DNA of 57,124 nucleotides, counting the filler, from Squatina squatina (lineage: Eukaryota), in the NCBI GenBank assembly GCA_031763465.1. It is 3 parts of 3 records of this genome, joined end to end, with 100 filler letters (N's around TTAATTAATTAA, not from the genome) between each part and the next. Parts side by side here need not be neighbours in the genome. Positions count along the whole stretch, not along the records: positions 42,452 to 57,124 come from JARFOE010000073.1; 2 more parts are not named here. The stretch is one strand, 5' to 3'. The position numbers were made by a program, and so were the translations under genes. The notes beneath the pieces were generated by a model. It had not been told where the DNA came from. It worked only from the letters and a program-made list of their open reading frames with translations, and did not search any database. Below, piece after piece: positions 50,373-57,124 of this stretch. Position 1 is the stretch's first letter, and each line of letters starts with the position of its first letter.

Positions 50373-50472
50373 NNNNNNNNNNNNNNNNNNNNNNNNNNNN
50401 NNNNNNNNNNNNNNNNNNNNNNNNNNNNNNNNNNNNNNNNNNNNNNNNNNNNNNNNNNNNNNNNNNNNNNNN

Positions 50473-50670
50473 CTCCTGCCAGTGGAAACAGTTTCTCCTT
50501 ATTTACCCTTCATCCTTTTGGACACCACTATTAAATCTCCCTTCTAACCTTAAATCTAACCTTCTCTGCTCTAAGTAGAGCAATCCCAGCTTCTTTAGTC
50601 TCTCCACATAGCTGAAGTCCCTTATCCCTGGTACCATTCTAGTAAATTTTCTCTCCAAGGCATTGACATC
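50473..50670 (-). mobile_element. CR1 LINE fragment
   Basis: Reverse complement of the ORF2 C-terminal region seen at 38930-39100 (aatcccagcttctttagtctctccacatagctgaagtcccttatccctgg). Confidence 0.8.
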
Positions 50671-51584
50671 TGGTATATACTTCTAATTCCAGCTATGTTT
50701 TTAAAGTCAGATGCATTTAACATATTGTGGGGTTTTCCACATGTTAACGGACCCTCCCCACTCCCAGCACGCCTGCATATTAAAATGTGTCTAATAATTT
50801 GTATGAATTGACCAATCATTGATTTCAAGTTTTATCCAAATATTGTATTACAAAGAATATTGATTCAACTTTATCTTGGCAAAAGAATGTTGGATTAAAC
50901 AGTGAAATGAAAAATGGCATTAAAATACTCTGTAGTTTATTAATATGAGCATTTATAGAGATTTAAATAAAATCAAAATCAGGTCAATTTTGTCTCAACT
51001 CCATTCCATGGGGCCATACTAGAGTACTTCTGTATTAATCTGGTTTAAGGCCAAAGTTTCCATTTCATTTAGAATGAAGGTGACTCAGAGAGATGGTAAT
51101 AATGAGAAAATCTATCTTTTAGTACCATTGATGTCTCATTCAAGTAGGGCTCGATAAATACATTTTCTGTGCAAAAGCTAATTTTGCCATGAAATTGCCA
51201 AGTTGACAAAAGAAGGCATTAACGCATTAGGGTGACGTGTGCCAGGTGTTTTGCTGAGGTTAGAGTATTGACTTTATGAACATTTACAAATTCATTATGA
51301 AATTAGCTCAAAACTTTAGCAACTTTTGATTTACAAATTTGTTTGTTGCAAATCTGCTTTCAATTGAGTCAAGTCAGCTATACCATTTAGTCATTAAGAT
51401 TATTACAATCATGAAACTGGCAATAGAAAATAGCATAAAGGCCAATTTTGTGAAGCCCCACACTGCTGTTCAGAGCATAGGGCTATCCCCTGCATCCATG
51501 GCTACTGACTCCACTGGGAAACTCCCCTAATAGCAGAGGAGCACATCAGCCTGGGTGGCTCAGCATCTGTTTACTAGTCAACAA

Positions 51585-51822
51585 CATCAACTTGCATTTA
51601 TAGAGCACCTTTTGTAAAAACATCCCAAGGCGCTTCACAGGAGCGATTATCAAACAAAATTTGACACTGATCCACATAAGGAGATTAGGACAGGTGACCA
51701 AAAGCTGAGTCAAAGAAGTTGATTTCAAGGAGCATCTTAAAGGAGGAGGAGGGAAGTAGATTTGCAGAGGATTACGGAAGGAATTCCACAGCTTAGGGCC
51801 TAGGCAACAGCCAACAATGCTG
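51585..51822 (-). mobile_element. L2 LINE 3' end
   Basis: Closely similar to 18390-18635 (aacttgcattta..catcccaaggcgcttcacagg..gagcatcttaaaggagga..agcttagggcc). Confidence 0.8.
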
Positions 51823-52161
51823 NNNNNNNNNNNNNNNNNNNNNNNNNNNNNNNNNNNNNNNNNNNNNNNNNNNNNNNNNNNNNNNNNNNNNNNNNNNNNN
51901 NNNNNNNNNNNNNNNNNNNNNNAATGGCTTATTAGCAGCTTAAGCTCAAACTTTATCGAACAGCATTTTCTGTCAAGTTAAGGTCACAATGCTTCAATCT
52001 GCCTGAATGTTTCAGGCATGCGTCTAATATTGCTGATACCAGTGCATTTCCGGCACATTGCCATGAAAGCTTTTTCTCATAAATTGGATCAGAATCCATT
52101 TTCAGCCAGCAACTTGTTATACATCAAAGCAATTAATTAATGAAATGAGCCCAGCACTTAC

Positions 52162-52214
52162 CGCTGGACAGACGATGAGAGAGATTCAAAAAGACTGCCG
52201 CCTCCAGAAGCCAT
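52162..52214 (-). CDS. INSC: INSC first coding exon (whole exon 52162-52257)
   Basis: Not in the ORF track. Acceptor ttttag| at 52257, aacATGG at 52214, peptide MASGGGSLFESLSSSVQ, then CG|gtaagt. Phase 2 joins exactly to the exon at 45198 (CG|C = Arg), paralleling human MMALPGGRHLDSVTLPGQR. Confidence 0.88.
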
Positions 52215-52479
52215 GTTCAACAGGTCAGCCACAGGTAAAATCTTCCATAGACAGTACCTAAAACAGGATTTTTTTGGTGTCATTAATATTAATTTCATGA
52301 AGATCAATCTCAGCTAATCAACTTCAGTTCATCTGTTGGAGTTAACTACATAAAAAAACTATTGCATGCTTGCACGTGCAATTACTTGCTTTGTTGAAGT
52401 TTAAAACGTTTACAAAAATTGCACTACAGTATGTTAGAGCTCTAATGCACTGTGCCACAGAGTGATACTTCACTACTAA

Positions 52480-52690
52480 CTTACAGTCTTGTGCTGCATC
52501 CCACCCATCCTTCACTGATCTCCAATGGCTCACTGTCGCCCAACACATTGAATCCAAAATCCTCATGCTTCTGCACAACCTCAGCCCACCCTTCCCTACT
52601 TCTTTAGTCATATGTCTGGAATTTCTGAATCTGAGAGGCCTCATGTGCCAACATTTACCCTCCCCCAACTTGTGCCTCAGGTCCCAAATT
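52480..52690 (+). mobile_element. Old L2 LINE fragment
   Basis: Reads like H-P-LTDLQWLTVAQHIESKILML, the L2 C-terminal motif L--LHWLPV--RI-FKIL. Confidence 0.55.
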
Positions 52691-53149
52691 CAGAGCCCAT
52701 GTCTTTCAGTGATCCATGTATTAATTTTCCGTTGTATTAGCAACAGCAAATGAAGCAACAAGTATATGTCATGCCAAAGGTGCAGAAACTGAAAGCAGAC
52801 TTCCTGCTTATGATACACAATTGCATTACTGATTTACAATCAATCCTCCATGTTTACAGAACAACACTGTTACAGCTCTGTTGGCACAAGTGGGTCGGAG
52901 GAAGAAGTGTACGAACCTCTCAATTCTGTGCCTGCACATGTATGGTTCTAGTCCTGATAGGTCTTTTGGTATAACACCTGCAATAGGCTGCGTAATTGAC
53001 ATGCAGTAATTCATCATAATGCTTAACAGTCTGCTAACTACTCCACCAAGAGCTGTGCACAGGGAGAATTTGTTTGCCCATCATGAAATGCTCATTTTTT
53101 TCATGAAAAGTCGCATGTTGCCTTATGAAGACGAAAGAATTTAGATACA

Positions 53150-53580
53150 GTGTCAGCTGTGGCTCAGTGGCTAGAACATTCACCTCTAGAGTTATAAGGT
53201 TGTGGGTTCAGGTCCCACTCCAGGGACTTGCACATATAAATCTAGGCTGACCGTCAGTGTCACTGGCTTTCGGATAAAACATTAAACAGAAGTCCCTTCT
53301 GCTCTCTCAGGTGGATGCAAAAGATCCCATAGCACTATTTTGAAGAAGAGCAGGGGAGTTATCCAGTGTCCTGGCCAATATTTATCCCTCAATCAGCATA
53401 ACAAAAACAGTTTATCTGATCATTATCATATTGCTGTTTGTGGGAGCTTGCTGTGTGCAAATTGGCTGCCACGCTTCCAACATTACCACAGTGACAATAC
53501 TTCATAAGTGCTTCATTGGCTGCAAAGCACTTTGGGACATTCGGTGGTCATGAAAGGCGCTATATAAATGCAAGTCTTTC
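53150..53580 (+). mobile_element. Near full-length tRNA-derived DeuSINE (SacSINE1-like) with L2 tail
   Basis: A box tggctcagtgg, B box gggttcaggtccc, Deu core aaaagatcccatagcactattttgaagaagagcagggg, tail gcgctatataaatgcaagtctttc. Confidence 0.85.
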
Positions 53581-54971
53581 AGGTCGTTCTTTTAATGTTC
53601 TTCAGGGAAGGAACATGATCTTCCCTGCATGTGATTCCAGTGCTGTACTCTTCCAGCCACCTAAGATGACCGAGAGAACCAGGCAGTTGTCATGGCGAAA
53701 AGGGATGCATCAACCATATCCCAGTATACATATGTATATTTGAGAAAATTCCTGCCAAAGTCAGAGCCTTCAGGGGAGATGGGGCAGTTCTTCCAAGAAC
53801 AAGCGGTTGGCATGGAAACCACAAATCTAATGGTTTGGATTGACCAATAAGGCTTGGGAAAACAATAACTCGATAATAAATAAGCATAAAACAAATTGCT
53901 TGTTCAAAGTTTGCACTGAACAAATAGTTTCAAGGGAATGATGTTTGCCAAGATAGTGAGTTCTCCAACTGGGAGCCAAGCCAATAACTCTCGTGTTAGC
54001 AAAAGACTGTTTACAAACCAGACTCCGCTTCCTCACAGATGGAGGTCAGGACAATGGGAGGATGTGGTGGAGGGGNNNNNNNNNNNNNNNNNNNNNNNNN
54101 NNNNNNNNNNNNNNNNNNNNNNNNNNNNNNNNNNNNNNNNNNNNNNNNNNNNNNNNNNNNNNNNNNNNNNNNNNNGTGGCAGCATCCGTGTGTACAATAC
54201 ACTTCAGGAGTGGGAGCGAGGGCAATTAGAGAAAAAATACACTGATTCTGAAATGTTAGATGCACTTCAAAAGTAACATTTTAATGGGAGAAAACACAAA
54301 ATAATTGTTTCTATTTTCCTGCGGGTTTTCTTTACGCAACAACATATTTGGACTTGCATCATACTGAAGAGTTATAGGATTGAGCATCCAGGCAAGCCTA
54401 TTCAATTAATCAGCTGATGGCTCTATCCTATTTTACAATGTAATCTAATTTTAGCTGAACTGGCTTTCAAAAGATGGGCTCAGCAAGTGTCTGACATGCG
54501 AACAGACCAAGTTTTTTTTCTCCCCTGCATTTTATAACTGTGGCTTTCTGCCCAACCATGATTGTACACAATCTGTTAGAAAAAAGGACTCAATGCATTA
54601 AGTGCCTGTGNNNNNNNNNNGCCTGTGACTTTTTTCAGCGTACACTATTGATGGGTCGCATTTCAATGATTCCATTTTAAACCTAACGCATTAGAGCTGC
54701 AAGTCACTCAGATCCATTTGGCTAATGATTCCCCACTGCAATGAAAGCAAATGATAGCTATTTACAGTAAATTATTCAATTAGCTGTAAGGAAGTGCAGT
54801 ACTCACATCCATTGTTTGACATGGAGAAATTAAGATACACAATAAGCCTTACCTCACTATAGTTGAAAATCNNNNNNNNNNNNNNNNNNNNNNNNNNNNN
54901 NNNNNNNNNNNNNNNNNNNNNNNNNNNNNNNNNNNNNNNNNNNNNNNNNNNNNNNNNNNNNNNNNNNNNNN

Positions 54972-55722
54972 GGTTACCTTCACAGCCTCTGGCAATGCAG
55001 TCCTTGCCCTGCTCTGAGGTTGGAATTGTGGCTGCAGCAGTTAGCAGATTTCAATGACAGCCTCCTTAGTGAAGCACAGACCTCTCAAACATTGGTCGTC
55101 ACTGAAGTTCAGGTATGAGAATTGATCCCTAAACACCATCTGCGGATATGGCCTCCTGCTGAGATCCCTTCTCCCCCTCCTCTTCCTCCTTCTTCTAGCA
55201 GCTTGTCCTGCTCTGCGGGTCTTCTGATCATTCTCCCAGTCATGCTCAATGCCAAGAGGAAAGCCTACTAGTGCACCCATGTCTAGGAGCAACTGGTTTG
55301 TGCAGAAGCCTTTAAGTCAGCTAAAAACTCCTTCAGCACCTGCCACACCATTTTATGCAGACTATTGAAACTTTAACCAACTATAGAAAGCACTCAAAAT
55401 GTGTAGAATTGCAGCAACAGCCAGAAGAAATAAATCAGCAACTAACCTGTAAGTAGTTCATGATCTCTTGAAACAGCGCTGCTGTGAGGCTCCTTCATAC
55501 TGTTTAATGTCATGTTCAGCTGTGCAAGCTTAAGAGGCTGGAGTGTGGAGCTCCAAAATGGCAGTGCTGGCGTCATAATCTGCCTGCTCCTCATGCTGCC
55601 GGCTGACATTAGGTGCGTGCACACACAAACATTTTACCAATAACTCGTTAGAAGTGTGCGCACGCACGCCGCAAATACCATTTTTGATGATTAAGGGGCC
55701 TCTACAGAGCCCAATTTCGCCC
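54972..55722 (-). mobile_element. PIF/Harbinger element 5' end with transposase N-terminus
   Basis: Begins gggcgaaattggg on the - strand at 55722; RRPYPQMVFRDQFSYLNFSDDQCLRGLCFTKEAVIEIC is homologous to the copy at about 10970-11080. Confidence 0.85.
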
Positions 55723-56676
55723 ACAGAGAATTTTTGGATAATGAATCAAAACAACACAATCCAATAGCACTTTGTTATCAAGTAAAGCTATAACACAGCA
55801 AAGAACCATTAATGAAACCACACAATATTTTCCAATTTTAAAACAAATGAAGAATTCAGTAACCTTCAATAGTATGAATAACACTAGATGACTTTCAGTG
55901 GGTACACGCAGCAATCTAATCTCATGATTTAGCTGGCAAACAAACCATGCCAGAGTTCATGATATCATCTGAACTTCTATTTGGATTACTGCCTCGCAGT
56001 GCACTTTCTATCATTCTGCAACTTCCCAATAATGACAGTTAAATAATATGGGCCATATGCTGCACAAATTTAGTGCCTATTAAGTCTAATATATCACTCC
56101 TCTTGCAAACAAAAAGTTAACTGTCATTTTACCAGGGATAATGAATTTCAAACTGAATTCCTCTGCAATTTATGTACTAAAATATATAATTCATTAAAAA
56201 TATACTGAAATTTCAATCTGTTTTGTAGAAATTAAATTTGAAAATATGCTGCATTAAAAAACTGCAACCATGATAAATTCTGCAAACCCAGAGTCAAAAA
56301 TAACAATCATTTGTGAGAGCAGTGCATTGCTGGAGGAGCAAAGAATTGGCAGTGATGCACAAACAGCTGACAGAGAGAAATTATATAAACTTCTTACTTA
56401 TTATAAGATTGTGCCTACTTTGCCCTGAGAATGTCTTGGTGGTGGGGGCAAGGGGTGTGGTTAGTGGGGGGTGGAAAGTGAAAGAAAATTTACTCAAGAC
56501 TGAATGAGAGAAAGTGTGTGCCAGGCAAGTGATAGATCCTGATGTTTGGAACATTGTACAATTCCTAATTTGCCTTTCATCGATAAAGTGTTTTAGAACC
56601 TAGAGAAGCTATAAATCTTAATTTAGTACCGCTGGTGGTAGAATTGCTGACATTTTTATTTGGATTACCACCAACA

Positions 56677-57124
56677 GGTGTCAGCCGTGGCTCAGTGGGT
56701 AGCACCCTCGTCTCTGAGTCAGAAGGTTGTGATTTCAAGTCCTACTCCTGAAACTTGAGCACAAAATCAAGGCTGACACTCCAGCGCAACACTGAGGGAG
56801 TGCTATACTGTCTAAGGTGCTGTCTTTCAGCTGAAAGGTCAAACTATGGCCTGTCTGCCCTCTCAGATGGACGTAAAAGATCCCATGGCACTAATTTGAA
56901 GAAGAGCAGGGGAGTCATCCCTGGTATCCTGGCCAACATCAATCAATCAACATCACTAAAAACAGATTATCTGGTCATTATCACTGCTGTTTGTGGGACC
57001 TTGCTGTGTGCAAAATTGGCTGCTGTGTATCCTACACTTCAGAAATGCTTCATTAGCTGTAGAGCACTTTGGGACATCATGGGGCGGTGAAAGGTACTAT
57101 ATCAATGCAAAAATGTCTTTCTTT
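56677..57124 (+). mobile_element. Near full-length DeuSINE (SacSINE1-like)
   Basis: Same head, Deu core and tail as 53150-53580, ending tatatcaatgcaaaaatgtctttcttt. Confidence 0.85.

Noticed and set aside
53150-53230. tRNA-like A/B boxes (also at 48900, 56680 and 43700)
   Set aside because: These are SINE heads that continue into Deu core or LINE tails, not tRNA genes.

Overview
Eukaryotic, not microbial, DNA. The repeat content (Deu-domain SacSINE1-like SINEs, CR1 and L2 LINEs, Harbinger and Penelope relics) points to a cartilaginous fish (shark/ray). The assembly is heavily gapped, with many 100-N gaps, and two artificial N44-TTAATTAATTAA-N44 linkers (26371-26382, 42396-42407) split it into three blocks whose adjacency is not biological evidence. 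Block 1 (1-26326) carries eight + strand exons of the adhesion GPCR ADGRB2/BAI2: N-terminal exon, TSR1, TSR3, TSR4, HormR, a broken GAIN exon, GPS and TM3. It also holds the promoter and first coding exon of PTPN23 on the - strand. Block 2 (26427-42351) has no recognisable host exon and is mostly repeat-poor, regulatory-looking DNA. Block 3 (42452-57124) carries two - strand exons of INSC (inscuteable) and, antisense to it, a decayed Ig V-set exon. The best candidate for new biology is in ADGRB2. Its GPS motif lacks both autoproteolysis residues (QL-AT instead of HL/ST) and sits just downstream of a CpG-rich, promoter-like intronic island. This suggests an N-terminally truncated receptor could be produced by transcription rather than cleavage, which is a hypothesis only. 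Orthology calls rest on recalled human protein sequences, not database searches.
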